Origin: Marsupella aquatica
Taxonomy: Eukaryota > Plantae > Marchantiophyta
Assembly: GCA_973895155.1 (NCBI GenBank)
Contig: OZ316896.1
Coordinates: 9,135,539-9,199,538 of the forward strand
Length of the DNA: 64,000 nucleotides
Direction of reading: 5' to 3'
The position numbers were made by a program, and so were the translations under genes. Shown here one piece after another: positions 13,338 through 26,370 of this stretch; position 1 is the first letter of the stretch; each line of letters begins with the position of its first letter. The notes under the pieces are model-generated. The model had not been told where the DNA came from. It saw only the letters and a list, made by a program, of their open reading frames with translations, and did not search any database.

Positions 13338-13449
13338 TCGTCTCTCACGAATAAAGCCTCTCTCTGGGTTTATGACTTGCGTTTCCCACGGGGAGTCCTT
13401 TTGTACAGTTTAGTTGTATTTTTACTCATCATTTGTTTCTAGGATTAGG

Positions 13450-16400
13450 TCTTTGAGGTCTTAGGTCTTTGAGCTCCTGGCTATGGAGTTCAGACTGTAG
13501 CACAGTTTTTGCGCCACTTCGATTACCTTCTCGTACTCAGTTTTTCTCGGAATTCAGTTTTCTCAGTTGCATTAGCTTGCTCTTGCCGAGGCGTATCAAA
13601 TCGATATAAAACACGTCCAAATCGGTGCCGTATCGACATACTTATGGTCACATTCGTTTTCGCCATTTTTAAGTCATTTTTCTGCGATTTTCGTCTTCCT
13701 TTCGACGATTATATCTCGGTCAATCTTTCACGGATTTCAGATTTCTCAAGTGCTTTGTATAGCTCTTCTCCGGGAGCATCAGATTGATCCCAAGAGCGGT
13801 CCAATTGGTCTCCTATTGCCCCGATTGGACTTTGATTAGCTCTCCCGTTTTTTCTTCAATTTCCATCGTTCTCACTTTCAATTAGCTTTGGGGTCCTGTA
13901 ACAGTTCCTCGTTCACGGAATCCGGCATTCTCATGTGATTTAGCCAGCTCTTGTCCGGGAGTGCACCATCTATCCCTACCGCGGTCCTTTTGGTGACATA
14001 TCAACCACTTTCGGCTCCGATTACGATTCTGATTTACTCCTCCATTTTTGGTGACGGTTTCCCTTGATCAGCTTTGGAGCATTCCTGTCTTGCCACGTTT
14101 CTCCTCCGATTGGTGGTTGCCTTTCTTCTTCAGTTCTGACAAGGTGGTTTTTGCCAAGTTTAGTGGACCAGTTTGCATTCCACCATCTTTGGGAGCTGTC
14201 GCAGCACGCTCAAATCAGCGGATAGATATTCACTCGCATCGACTCCTCAACGGACACATCGACGAGAGCTCCAGCTTTGTTCCCGGCTATGCCTGCACGT
14301 GCTCAACGGTTTTCTAGGCTAGTGGTGGCGCCGCTTCTCGGATTTTGACGCGGTGGGCTCTCTCCATAGCCTTCCCTTTCTTTTCACATGTCTTGGTTGG
14401 GCCTTTTGTCGCTTCTTGATGCGCTTTTGCTTTTATCGGGTTGCGACCTGTCATGTCTACGTTGAGAGTGTTGGCGCGGGGCAAGCGCCCAGCCCCCCCA
14501 CACAGTTCTCCCCCCTCCTCCCCCCCGCCTCGTGGTCGCCTTCGTGTTTGCTCTTCTTCATTGGATCTCTCTCATCTTCATGATGACCCCATGCCCGATG
14601 TTCTGCCAGTCCCCCCAATCTACTGCCCACCCCATCGACGCCCTGGCTCCTCTCCCCAGCCCATTCCCCCTCCACCCCTCCAGCATCCCCCTCCGGCCTC
14701 TTCATCCACGTCGGTTCCCCCCCCCCACCTCCTGTCCAGTCGTTCCCTGCTCCCTCCCCAGACGAGCGTCCCCTGCATACTTGTCCTGAGTGTGGCTGGG
14801 TTGGCCTCTCCTTCCTCATCACCGCGGGCGGGGCCGGTGCCAACGTCGCCAGCAAGCCCAATCCCAACCCCAGCCCCCTCTTGACCCAGTTAGCTCTGCC
14901 CCTCCTTCCTTGGAGGCTTCCGAGCAGGCATGGAGTTGGGTTCGCTCTCTAGACCCCCTTCCAGCCTACCATTCAGGGTATATTAGACCTCGCCTTTATA
15001 ACCACATCCCACTAGCGTTGCGCCCATTAGTTCGGTCATCCTTGTTGCAACTCATGCAGCTTATCTTGGCGCATCCTATCGAGGTCTCCTATTGGTCTTT
15101 ATTCATGCTTTTTCCACAGTGGACTCTTACCCTCCCTAGTCACGGTGGTCGCGTGGGTCATCGTGAGACTGCCTCTCGTATCCATCGTTTTCTGCGGGGA
15201 GATTGGGAACAGCTTCAGGAAGAGTACTTTCTTCGAGCCCGTTCCTTTACTACCCGTGCTTTGTCTGACCCAGCTCGCCACTCTCATCCTCCAGAGCACA
15301 GACGCCTTCGTTGCTCTTGTCGTTTAGCCCAGGATGGTGAATATCGTCGTGCAGTCCAGGCCCTATCTCCCACCACACCAGCCCCCCCTGGGGAGGTCAC
15401 CTTGACGGCCCTTCAGGATCTCCATCCGCAGCCCTATGATCAGCTCCCTTTGTTCGTGGAGGATTTTGAGCCTGAGGAGGATCTTCAGTTTAGTAGGGAC
15501 CATTTCACCTATGCTTTCCTCCATGCTCCGCGTTGCGCGGCTGGTGGCCCCTCTGGCTATGTCTTTGAGCATTTTCGTGATTTATTCTCCCCTGAGGATC
15601 CTCAGTCTGGTTTTCCAGTTTTCTTCTCCTTTTGCCAGTGTATTGCTGCCGGCCGTTTACCTCCTCCCGTCTCTCGGCTTTTGAGTGCTTCTCGTTTATT
15701 GGCCATGGCTAAGTCTTCACCGGGTGTTCGGCCCATAGCTATTGGAGACGTTTTTCTTCGTCTGGTGTCTCGCGCACTTTCATCGCAGTATCGCTCTGCA
15801 CTATCGGATCATCTCTCTTCACATCAGTTTGCAGTGGGCGTTCCTAGCGGTTGTGAGACAGTTATTGCGGGTATTCGTACTACCTTGGACCTCCACCCTG
15901 ATTGGGTTGTCCTCCAGGTTGATGTCTCCAATGCTTTCAATACGGTTTCTCGGGCAGCAATTTTTCGTGCTTTGAGGGCAGCGGATCCAGACATCCAGTC
16001 CCTTATCCCCTTTGTCCGTTGTTTTTATGGGTTCGAGGCCCCCCTCTTCTATAGTCATCACACCTCTACAGGAGTGTATACCACTCTTTCTTCTGCAGAA
16101 GGTACACGTCAGGGTGACCTTTTGGGTGGGCCTCTTTTTGCCATTGCCCATTTTACTGCTTTATGAGAAGCCTCCGCGGCCCACCCCGAGTGTATCTTCC
16201 CCTCCCTTTCAAATGACACCCACATCATTGGTCCACCTGTTGCTGTTACTTCTGCCCTCGCCACCCTTTCCACCCATTTGTTGGGCCTCGGTTTACGAGT
16301 TCAGCCGGTGAAGAGTCGTGCATGGAGTCCAGCTGGGTTACCCTCTGATCTTGCGCTTCCCCCTGGGTTCTTACGTCCTGCCGACGGTCTTCGAGTCCTT

Positions 16401-18095
16401 GGCTCCCCAGTCGGTACCGCCTCCTTTTGCTCATCTTTCATTGCTAACGCTCTCCAGGCTGCCTTAGCCCCTACTCCTATGCTCCCTAAGTTAGCAGACT
16501 CTCAGGCAGCATTTGGGTTGTTGTTGAGATGCATCCACCCTCGTGCGTCCTATTTGGCTCGGACACATCCCCCTACCGAGGATCTTTATCTACACCTCCG
16601 AGCGTTTGATGTCTCCATTCGTGAGACTTTGGCCTCTCTTTTAGGGCCAGGTACTTTACTCTCATCTCCGTGGCTTAATCGACAGCTCAGTCTTCCTATT
16701 TCTCACGGTGGTTTTGGGCTTACTTCCACTGAGCGCCTTGCACCGTTGGCCTTCTTGGGCGCGTGGGCGGCCGCCTTCTCATTGTTGGCAGATCGTTTCC
16801 TTACTGAGGATCGACCTTTTTTACTTTCATCTCTCATGGAGGTTGAGAAGGGTTCCCTCCCATTTCAGGTTCATTTGCGCACGGCGCGGTCATCATTACC
16901 CGATCCTGTTCGAGTTGCGTTACCTTCATTCCAGGAGTTTTTATCCTTGGACCCCGTCCGTCTTCAAGCAGACCTTGCTGGGCGTATGCACGCTTTCACC
17001 CTTTCCAGCATCCTCACCGAGGCACCTGACACGGACCAAGCTCGGATTCTTTCTTCCGGAGGGAAGGGCACAGGAGGCTGGCTTTAGGCCAATCCAGTCA
17101 TTTCTCACCTGCGGATATCTTCAGCGGAGTTTGCTACAGCCATGCGTCTTTGTATGGGCTTGCCCCACCCACTTCTTACTGGTTTACCTCCTACTTGCAC
17201 TTGTGGGAAGCCTTGTGATGCCACAGGTGTCCATCTTCTTCGATGCAGTTTGGGCGGCGAAACCATTTTTGTTCACGATGCTGTGAGAGATGCAACTGCT
17301 CAGGTTCTCTCTAGCTCTTTGGTCTGTGCGCGGCGGGAGGTGGTGCTCGAGTTACCTGGTCCTCCATCACAGCGGTTACGGGTGGATCTTACCATGGTCC
17401 GTGACGGTCACCGTACTTTGGCAGATGTAGTGGTGGCAAACCCATTGCGCCAAGACATCATTGGGACAGCGGCAACAACGACAGAGGCAGCAGAATCTCG
17501 AGCAACAACAATGAAGGAGGCCAAATATGCTGCACGAGCTTCATCTGATAGCTTCCTGCCCCTTGCTCTTGAGATATTTGGGCGTCTCCATCATCAGTTC
17601 GATGGGCTTCTTCGCCAAGCTGCTCGGGATGTTCACGGTCGGATGGGTCCCACCGGGCCCCCGCTATCTGTTTTGACCACGCACTTTCGCCAACGCATTT
17701 CAGTCACCTTACAGCGTGCTCAAGCTCGGGCCGTCTATCATCGATCTCTGACAGTGGGTGCTAGTGTGACTCCGCAGCGGCTAGCCCCCCTCGAGGACAT
17801 TCCTGTCCCACTTGCCGATCTAGTTTCGACACTTGATGTAGACCACTAGCTTGTTGCCACATTTGCTAGGTATGATGAGGACCTCGGTCCATTTGCGGTA
17901 GTTTTAGTTCCTCTTTCTTGGTTTTTAGGGGTTTCCTTTTGCTCACTTCTTTTAGTTCCTCTTTCTTGGTTTTTAGGGTTTCCTTTTGCTGACTTCTTTT
18001 GCGTTTGGTTTTGTCCACTTGGGACCTCTCTTGTTTATTCTTTTGTACTCTATTTGGCCTTTTTCTGTAAAAAGTATGTGTATATTCCTTCAAAA
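13450..18095 (+). mobile_element. Non-LTR retrotransposon, CRE-clade-like (RT plus C-terminal restriction-like endonuclease), about 4.6 kb
   Basis: It interrupts one unit of a host repeat (left ...tttgtttctaggATTAGG, right caaaaATTAGGgggctctag; intact unit at about 18400 reads tttgtttctgggattagggggctctag). Putative TSD ATTAGG at 13444-13449 and 18096-18101, short A tail, internal RT-RLE reading frame. Confidence 0.8.
14761..17849 (+). pseudogene. RT-RLE polyprotein of the non-LTR element, inactivated
   Basis: ORFs 14790-16166, 16278-17087 and 17142-17849 share one frame, broken by TGA at 16164 and TAG at 17085. Motifs: AAGGPSG, GVRPIAIG, QFAVG, VDVSNAFN, GTRQGDLLG, decayed catalytic SLSND, LRVLGSPVG, GGFGL, zinc knuckle CTCGKPCDATGVHLLRC, RLE-type HDAVRD...RVDL...ADVVV...KEAKY. 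An N-terminal CPEC motif at about 14782 lies in another frame. Confidence 0.88.
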
Positions 18096-18096
18096 A

Positions 18097-18625
18097 TTAG
18101 GGGGCTCTAGACGAACGACAACGAGAGGACAACCATTGACCCGGTCACTTTTGATCCAGGTCCAATTTGGACTGCATTTCAAGGAGTCCTTTTGTATAAT
18201 TTGGTTCTTTTTTCCCCATCTTTTGTTTCTGGGATTAGGGGTGTCTAGACCAACGAGAACCAGAGGACAACCATTAGGGGGACTCAAATATAGGCCCTGA
18301 CTTATTTCCTGGCAGTTTGAGTTAGGTTTGGGCAGACACAGCTGTAAAACTGGAACCCCAGGGCTTTTGTCCAATTTTGGTTGTTTTTTCCTCATCATTT
18401 GTTTCTGGGATTAGGGGGCTCTAGTAGAACGAGAACGAGACCTGGTCACTATTGCACACCTAATTCAGGTTCATTTTGACTGCATTTCAGGGACTACTTT
18501 TGTACAGTTTGGTTGATTTTTTCTCCATGTTTTGTTTTGGGTCTAGGGGACTCTAGAAGAACGAGAGGACCACCATTGACCTGGTCACCTTTGCATACTG
18601 ATCCAGGTCTATTTAGACGCATTTC
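18097..18625. repeat. Host tandem repeat (units of about 140-180 bp) containing GGATTAGGGG; also forms the left flank of the retroelement at about 13385-13449
   Basis: cttttgt..a.tttggtt...cat..ttgttt.tggg.ttagggg..ctctag..gaacgag recurs at about 13395, 18185, 18365 and 18495. Confidence 0.75.
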
Positions 18626-19109
18626 AAACTAGAAGAGACCCAGAGATCATTTGAACATATTACCTGGAAGAGGTGGTCTAAACTGTGGCCAACAGTACAG
18701 TATCCAGATAAATATTTTGGGGGACCAGCTCCAGTCTATGTAGGAATGGGAGATTTATTGTACAAATTACCTCTCAGTTTTATTACAGATCCCCACGGAA
18801 AGCTCCTGGCTTCAAAAATCCCTATCACATGTAGCCATATCAGCACTATTGATCAAAAACAAGAAAGGCCAGTTGTGCAAGAAAGACCATACTTAACTAT
18901 ATGTGTTTGAGACAAGGGCAAAGAAAAGAGTTCCACCTTGTAACTATGAAAACAATGGAAATCAAAAGGTAGCACTTCAAATAAACAAACAAAGGGGTAA
19001 AAGAAAATAACCTTTTGGATGGATTGTGACTGATACATCAGTGATTTTAATAAAATGGCAGTTAAGTGTATATTTAATTTACAAATTTTTGAAATAGATA
19101 TAGGTGGAA

Positions 19110-19305
19110 AGAAACCCTTTGACTAGTATGGACATAGGAATGTCAAGGGAACATAAGAAAATTTTTGCCTACCACTGATGGAGGAATACCAAGGGAATGT
19201 AAGCAACTCATTGGCCACTATTGACAGAGGAATTTCAAGGGAATGTAAGAAACCCTCTGGCTACTATGGACATAGGAATATGAAGGGAAAGAAACCTTTC
19301 AACTA
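19110..19305. repeat. Degenerate tandem repeat, about 47 bp unit, about 4 copies
   Basis: Recurring ...tat.gaca.aggaat.tcaagggaa..taag.aa at about 19125, 19175, 19220 and 19265. Confidence 0.65.
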
Positions 19306-20635
19306 CTACAACATTTTGCATGAACTGGAATGTTACATATATGGACTGCGTGGACATAGGAGTATCAGAGAGAAAGGTTTGCAAGGATAATTACCATGAA
19401 TAATCTCCGGTTTGTATTGAAAGTATACTAACTACTTCAAAGCCCATTTCAGGCAGAATCCTCCATTTAGTCTTTTTCCTGTCATCTTCATATTCAAACC
19501 TCTTCCAATATGCGACTCTTCATGGCTCCAACTTGTTGAATAACATCAAGCTTACAAGGGATCCTCAAACTAATCTAAAGTCAGATTGAGCTGTCACTTG
19601 ATATGCAATGGGTGTCATGTCATGTAAAAGCAAAATCTTGAAGCCCCCTGTGGATATGTGTCAAAAACTAACAAGTTCAAGATGGCAAGACCCAATTTTT
19701 TAAACTTTAGTGCCCTTCATGATTTTTCTTTTTGTAATATTGAGAGCGTTATTGGAGCAGAATGCAAGTCAAGATTTGGATAAACTCGTCATGGAAATTT
19801 TCTTCTTTTACTAAATTAGTAAAGGACTAATTTACTAGGCCATTAAGTGGATTAGGGGTCTTGTTACTGGAACATTTTGGCCAATGATAGCCCCTCAAAA
19901 ATTGAGCTGAAGCTCTCATGTTTTGGGGCATTATAGGACTTTACTATATAGTTTATCATTACATAGCCACCACGTGGTTTGCGTTCTTTTTGTCTTAATG
20001 ATGTACCTGCAGGTTTCCGGGGATACATTAAAACAATCTGACGAATTTATTTTACAATACCCCAGACTTCTACGAGGGCATATTTACTTGTATTTTTCAT
20101 ATTACTTCCTGCACTCCTATACGCGGCCTGTGGTACATACCACATCAAAGCCACCTAAGATAGTTTGAAACAGAATCCTTGTTGCATCACAAAAAGTACA
20201 ATCCATTTATGAGACCTAGTAAATTCATTACTTTCCTATGTGTTGGTGACTTTTTTTTGAAAAACTTTGCTATATTGATTTGATTGCCAAAATGTTTCCA
20301 TCCAAATTTTTCCTTGTGTTGATTTTGTCTCGTGCCACTTTCTGTCAAGCTAGTTTACGAATTTTGGAAAATATTTGTAAAATTTGCACGAAAATAATCA
20401 TGACCTTTGCAGATAAATCAATTGTCACACCAAGGTTACCTGAGCACAAATTTGTAGTGGGGTCGAACTAGAGACTTGCAATGACCACTCTAATGGAGAA
20501 AAAATACATTTCCAAGAAAATCACTCTTACCGTATCAAACGGACCGTACCCTAAAATAAATATTCTTCATCAATTCTTCGTTAATACTCTCCGTATCATA
20601 TTTCTGTTACCACTCGTTATGACTCTCTCATACAG

Positions 20636-21007
20636 GAGTGTTGTAATTATGCTTTAATGTACCGCAAATTCAAAGTTCAATCAAGCTGGTCAAATCACGA
20701 ACAAAATAATGTAACTTACGAAAGAGTTCAAGAAGAGTACTGTACCGTACCCAGTTGTGGTGATTGAAATTATTTACTATTTGCACGAGTAGATGACAAA
20801 ACCATCTCAGCCGTCGATTCTCAAATCGAATGTACCAGATGCAAAGATGTGTGAAGTAGATTCCATTATAGTCGTGTTCAGCATCCCTTCTTGACTCTCG
20901 AGCAACTCGTCCACGTTTCAAATCATGTCTTTGACTATTCTGCCAAAGACCCAAACTCCCAAAGCCATGGATGGGATACCCTAGTGTTGGGTGACACCTC
21001 AAAATAA
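20636..21007 (+). pseudogene. Decayed exon-like reading frame of unknown origin with Cys pairs
   Basis: After the acceptor ctctcatacag, 124 codons run in one frame with two internal TGA (20765, 20852): ECCNYALMYRKF...YCTVPSCGD*NYLLFARVDDK...IECTRCKDV*SRFHYSRVQHPF... No family recognised. Confidence 0.3.
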
Positions 21008-23194
21008 TGTAAAGCTTGTTCGTTTCGCGCTGGTCTTGCAAAGAGTTTCTAGGCATGCGCAGTGTGTTAGGAAAGTGTGTTAGGAAAGAAACAATAATGG
21101 TTTGACTTGGTACTGAGTGAAGAAATGATGGTAAAATAATTTCAAAACGATGCTCATGACAAAGCAACATGAAATTCAATGCAATTGCACATTTGGTTGC
21201 ATTGGTTTAGAAAACCTCCTGAAAAGGTGCAGTTTTGGTCCATGGGCCTTCAAACAGGTTGACCACTTTTCACCCCTCATCTTTGTCAAGCTAGGGAGAA
21301 GACAGTAGCTGTTCTTGACTTCAGGGTAACTCTCAAACAGTTAAACTGTCAATTGGGGGTGGATAGGAGGCCAGGCTTTCCACTCTACTTCCTTGTTTTA
21401 AGGTGGATGAGAGCTGGTGGGATACTAGTCTAAATAGCCTTTCCATTTGCACATTGTCACCCACCGTCCACCCCCTTTCAGGCTGTGTTGGAAGTGTACC
21501 ACCTCTTCAGCGGTACACTTGAGAGGGGCTCACTTTCTCCTGTTTCTGCAGTCCAAATGCATTCCTGATATCTGGGGGGAGTTGTAAAAGGGGGTACACT
21601 GGCTGCTTTATTTTTGGGTAATCTTTGTCAAATTCTTACCTCAAGCAGGACCTCAAATCAGAGCAGGTGATAAGGATGAAGAAAAGAGTGGGCGACTTTC
21701 TGCTTTAATTTGTCAAATTCTTATCTGGGTGAGAGGGCTAAGGGCCAGATCGGATGGCTCTCCTAAAATCTAGTGAAGTCTGACAGTTAAGATTCAAGTG
21801 TCAAAATATTATGAGAAAATTTAGCTCCTACGACATGGGAGGAGTCCCCGCTTCACATCCTCCTCAAAATTAAAAAAGCCTGGAGTACACAAAAAGCCAT
21901 CCAATGGCCTTCCTCAATTTTATGAGAAGGTGTCAAAATAGCCAAAGTCAATCATATGTTACAAACATTTTGCAACATCAGCTAGTTGAAACATGGACGG
22001 GGGATTTCTCTCCTGTCAGTAAAGGAGACATTCAAAACGTTTGCAGTTTTATTAGGAGGTGTCAATTTGCCAAAGTGAACGTCACAAACATTTTGGAAGA
22101 TCAGACTAGTTGAAGCAAAGGATTTCACAGTTGTCAGCAAAGGAGACATTCAAGACACTAAAAAACAATTGCCCTTGAAAGCAGTTTAGGGGCTATCCAG
22201 TCAAGCACAAGTGTGCAAGCTATTAAGTGCACTATACATTTGGTTAGAAGAAACATGTACCATCCCGCCGTGGACATCCTGCCATGGCCCTCATTAAATT
22301 TCTCACTGAACACTCTTTCAGGGTCATCAAGCATGCCTGCTGAAACTTCAATTAAATTGGGCTGGGGGTTTGTAGGCAATGTTCAATACAGAACCCTTAT
22401 TCTGTTCCTTTCAAAGCTGCTGATTGACATGTTTCAAAAGAAATGAGTGTAGTATGTCTGCTCTATCTGTATATTCCTGCCGCTATGCTAAAGCACCATA
22501 GATTTGGAATGGAGGTGTCTAGTGATCAGGACTTTGAAGCGGGCAATGCCCTGGCCCTCCACTTAGAGCAAACCCAGGTGAATCCAGGTTATCATAATTA
22601 GTCCAAAATGTTCTTAACAAAGTTAAAACTGGGCAAAACATCACTATATTGCCGTCCCACAGCTTCGGGGACTCTGGCAATTTAAGTATAATGGAGACTT
22701 GTGGTCCAAACCTCAACCTTATTTTACTTTGTACTTGACCAAGACTTTGGAGAGAGCAGTGCCATGGCCCTCCACTGAGCCCCTCCTTCTCAAGACTAAA
22801 TCAGGACATGTGGTCCAAACTATAACACTATCACAGACTTTACAACTGGCAGCCTTCTTACTCACGTTTTGCTAAGATAAATCACTCGGGCACAGGGGAT
22901 TACATGTTTACATTTAGGATGAGGATCCCTTACCTTACAAAGCCCTTGACAAACAACTTTGCCATATACTTCCTTTATATGCATTTCCAACACGTACGAA
23001 AAGTGAATTACTATGCTTTCCCAAACCAGTCATTCGACGATGGAGCAGATGTCAAAGTGTGAATATAATTATGCATTCCCAAACCTGCAGTTGACAGTTT
23101 GGACTACAAGGGGATATATATATTGCTGGTAGTGCAAACAGGATCTGTTGGATATTGTTCTGAACCTTGGATGAATCACGGTAAGACTTGAGAT

Positions 23195-23990
23195 CCTTCT
23201 GGCAGATGGGGCCTCTAGCCTTGGTATTGGTCCCCCAGCTTGGAAGGATATAGCACTCTGCAAAAGGAGCCCAGTCGTGGGCTCTCTGGCCAATCTGGAG
23301 GTGGGTTGGGTCCACCTATCCTATGGGTGGCGAAGAGAAGTGTTTCAGATGTGTCCCTCAATGGTAAAAGGCATGCAAGACTGACAATGTACTTCATTTG
23401 CTTAGAGTGAATGGTTAAATTGTTTAGTAATGGTTTACTAGTCCTGACCCATACCCAGTAAGTTTTCTGGACAAAATCGGGAGTAAAGTGGAGAACAATA
23501 AATTTTTCCAAATTAACATTACCTAAATCTTAACTGAGCTTGTCAGAAGAAGTCCTTCCCTTCCTTCTGGCAGATATGGCACCTAGCCCTAGTATTGCTT
23601 GGAAGGATATAGCCCTTTGCTAAAGGAGCCCAGTTGCCCCATAGCCCTAGTATTGGTCCCCCAGCTTGGAAGGATATAGCACTTTGCTAAAGGTGCCCAG
23701 TCGTGAGCTCTGTGGCCAACATGAGGTGGGTTGGGTCCGCCTATCATATAGGTGGGGAAAGAGAAGAGGTTCAGATGTGTCCCTCAATGGTAACAGGAAT
23801 GCAAGACTTACAATGTACTTCATTTGCTTAGAGTGAATGCTTGCACTATTTATTAATGTTATACAACTCCTGACACACACCCAGTAAAGTGCTCGACAAA
23901 ATCAGGAGTGTATGGAAAGTTGAAGTAAAGGGGAGCACACGAAAACATTTCCTAAAACTAAGCTGAGGTTGTCAGAAAAAGTCCTCTTCC
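23195..23990. repeat. Imperfect direct duplication (about 23195-23565 vs about 23563-23990)
   Basis: Shared blocks include tattggtcccccagcttggaaggatatagcact and tcagatgtgtccctcaatggtaa...caatgtacttcatttgcttagagtgaatg. The ORF track shows near-identical peptides (IHSKQMKYIVSLA.LLPLRDTSE). Confidence 0.85.
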
Positions 23991-25152
23991 CTCTCTCCTA
24001 CACCAGCTCAGGTGAGAGGCAACCAAATGTAGAAGTTCTGGCAGTGAGAATCTGCCTCGTCTAGAAAGACTTTGAAATGTGAAAGTGTAATTTGATTGTT
24101 AATATATGAACCATACAGCTCATCATCTTATGGCCTATAGAATCATGTGCCATTTGGATGTTGAAGCTGTTCCACCTTCGGGCTAAAGAATGCAAATGAC
24201 TCCGATCCTGCTTACAAGATTCCTGGACCCTTCTCAGGCAGAAGTCGGGTCAATTGTGTCTAACTAAAATCCACCTTATCGAGGGCTGGGAACTTGGCAA
24301 AAGCTCTCTTGACTGGCAATTCTTCGAATGGGTGCTCCTCTGAAAATAATAGAATGTCGCAAAGACATTCTGTTGCAATCACAATCAAGACAAAATCCCT
24401 CCAGGTCGAAGAGGTCTACATAGGCCTGTCCGTTTAACTAATGATGATAACTATAAATTCCACAGAACGGAACACTGTACTCCTAACATTGTCGATTTTG
24501 CCATCATGATTCCATCCCCACAGAGGCTTGGACATCCCGGCTTGGAGCCCGAACAGAACCATTTCCAACATGAAAAGAAACTCATGATGGGAAATCCGAA
24601 CGATAAAGCATCGTGACAAACAAGTATCTACAAAACCGTGACTTTGTCCTCACTATGACGCAACTCAAAGGTAGTTTTCTCTAGCCCACAGCTGAACACC
24701 CTTCCACTACCGGCGCCACAGTCTTCTCACCGACCGGAGTTCTGATGAACTCTGTAAAAGGTATGACAGGTCCAACGAGTCCTGAACAATGGACATTGAG
24801 GCTGGCCCTAGCTCTTTAGGTGTCTCTCCGTTTATCTCCGAGGTGGGGAGTTCTTACACTCCCGCAAATAAGTCAGCAAAGTTATCCTGCTTGTCCATGT
24901 AAAAATACTCTAGGCTAAATACCGGTACCAATCTTCGGCATTTAACCACGATCTACGTAAAATTTCGCCAGCGCCTCAGCAGTTGGGGTCGCCATACAAA
25001 CAAAATTGGGGTCCTGGCCTACACAACAATATGTCGTGGGAGGGCTACCATATTGAATACCGAAGAATATGTAGGGCCAGACACAAGCCTGTGTCAAAAA
25101 ACTTGAAATAACAACACCCACCACTTCCATATTCTCTCTTCAGCTGCAATAA

Positions 25153-26370
25153 TTAAGCACTTCCAATTGCAGACTCCAACGGAGCTCTTTCGTCACTCTC
25201 AGGACTCTCCGGGGGAACACTGGTGTCGCTGGGTTGTGAGCCGGTCAACCGAGCCAACGCCACAAATGAGCCACCTCCAAGTACATTATTCAAGCCACGG
25301 AGGAAAGGTACACAGATTCTGAAGGTACCGGGGCTCAATGTCTTCGCCAGAGCGAACTCCAATCCGTTGAGAGTTTGATACCTAAGATTACTACTAAGCC
25401 CCATGTGAGCCGCCCAGGTTGCCGAGTTGAGCAGGATTGGAGGAGTGGCGTTTTGAGACACGAAATTAGGATCCATCTTCTTCCTCGCATTGATGAGCGA
25501 ACTCGATATGCCCGTGCCAGCAAGACCTGCAAAAAACCCTACGCCAGCAAATTGTACGCCCTTATACACGAATGTGCCGAACCTTTCTAGTAGTGAGTAA
25601 GATCCGGACTCAAACATGTGTCCAGCAGGGGAGCTGGCAAATATGCCCGGCAATTTTGAGGTTACCGCCCCAGCTGCAGCAGTTGGAGCTAGCAAGTACA
25701 TAAGGGTGAAGTTCAAAATGGATCCCACTACAAGCGTGGAAAAGACGAGATCGAGCTCGTCCAGGCCAAAGTTGGGTCTAGTTGCCATATCTCCTAGGAC
25801 ACACATTCCCACTCCAATAATCTCTTCCATCAAAACCTTGAAGGCGAATTGCGGATCAGCTCGTACCCGGGCATCCCAGCCTCTGATGAAAGAGCCCAGA
25901 ATGCCGCCTCCATCTGCATTTCCTCCTGGTGTTGGTCCAGTGCGATCTCCACCACCAGATCCATTGCCTCCGCCACCACCTCCACCACCATGCCCTCCCC
26001 CACGCCCATTGAAACCATCCCCGCCATCACCGTGGTCAAGAGTAGCCTCCGAGGTGACCTCCTCGCTGTAGGAAACGGAAGACGGAGACGAGGAGGACGA
26101 GACTGACAGGCGAAAGAGTTGATCCGTTCCATTCTTGTGCCTTCTTGTTTTCAGAGACTCCGCATTGTTTGAGAAGCCAAATCCAGGGACACTACCAACG
26201 GCACCAAATAGCCGCGGGGCACCAGTCGGTCTCCGAGCAAATTCGTTAGAGAAACAGGCGAAATCCGATAATTTCCCCGAGACGCACTTCTTCGAGCGAT
26301 AGGATACCGCAGCAACGGGAGTTCCAGTCACAGTCGAGAGGACGCCCGTAGAGCAGCATGGAATAGCCAT
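25153..26370 (-). CDS. RETICULATA-RELATED (RER3-like, DUF3411) plastid envelope protein, 405 aa, intronless CDS
   Basis: ATG at 26370 (MAIPCC...) follows a 5'-UTR intron acceptor at about 26401. Ser/Arg-rich transit-peptide-like N-terminus, poly-Gly linker, GWDARVRADPQFAFKVLMEE, GDMATRPNFGLDELDLVFSTLVVGSILNF, HMGLSSNLRYQ.LNG. Confidence 0.92.
   Translation of the reverse strand: MAIPCCSTGVLSTVTGTPVAAVSYRSKKCVSGKLSDFACFSNEFARRPTGAPRLFGAVGSVPGFGFSNNAESLKTRRHKNGTDQLFRLSVSSSSSPSSVSYSEEVTSEATLDHGDGGDGFNGRGGGHGGGGGGGGNGSGGGDRTGPTPGGNADGGGILGSFIRGWDARVRADPQFAFKVLMEEIIGVGMCVLGDMATRPNFGLDELDLVFSTLVVGSILNFTLMYLLAPTAAAGAVTSKLPGIFASSPAGHMFESGSYSLLERFGTFVYKGVQFAGVGFFAGLAGTGISSSLINARKKMDPNFVSQNATPPILLNSATWAAHMGLSSNLRYQTLNGLEFALAKTLSPGTFRICVPFLRGLNNVLGGGSFVALARLTGSQPSDTSVPPESPESDERAPLESAIGSA

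Noticed and set aside
25335-26132. Antisense and alternate-frame ORFs overlapping the RER gene
   Set aside because: These are shadow ORFs expected from the GC-rich, Gly-rich coding sequence of the real gene.
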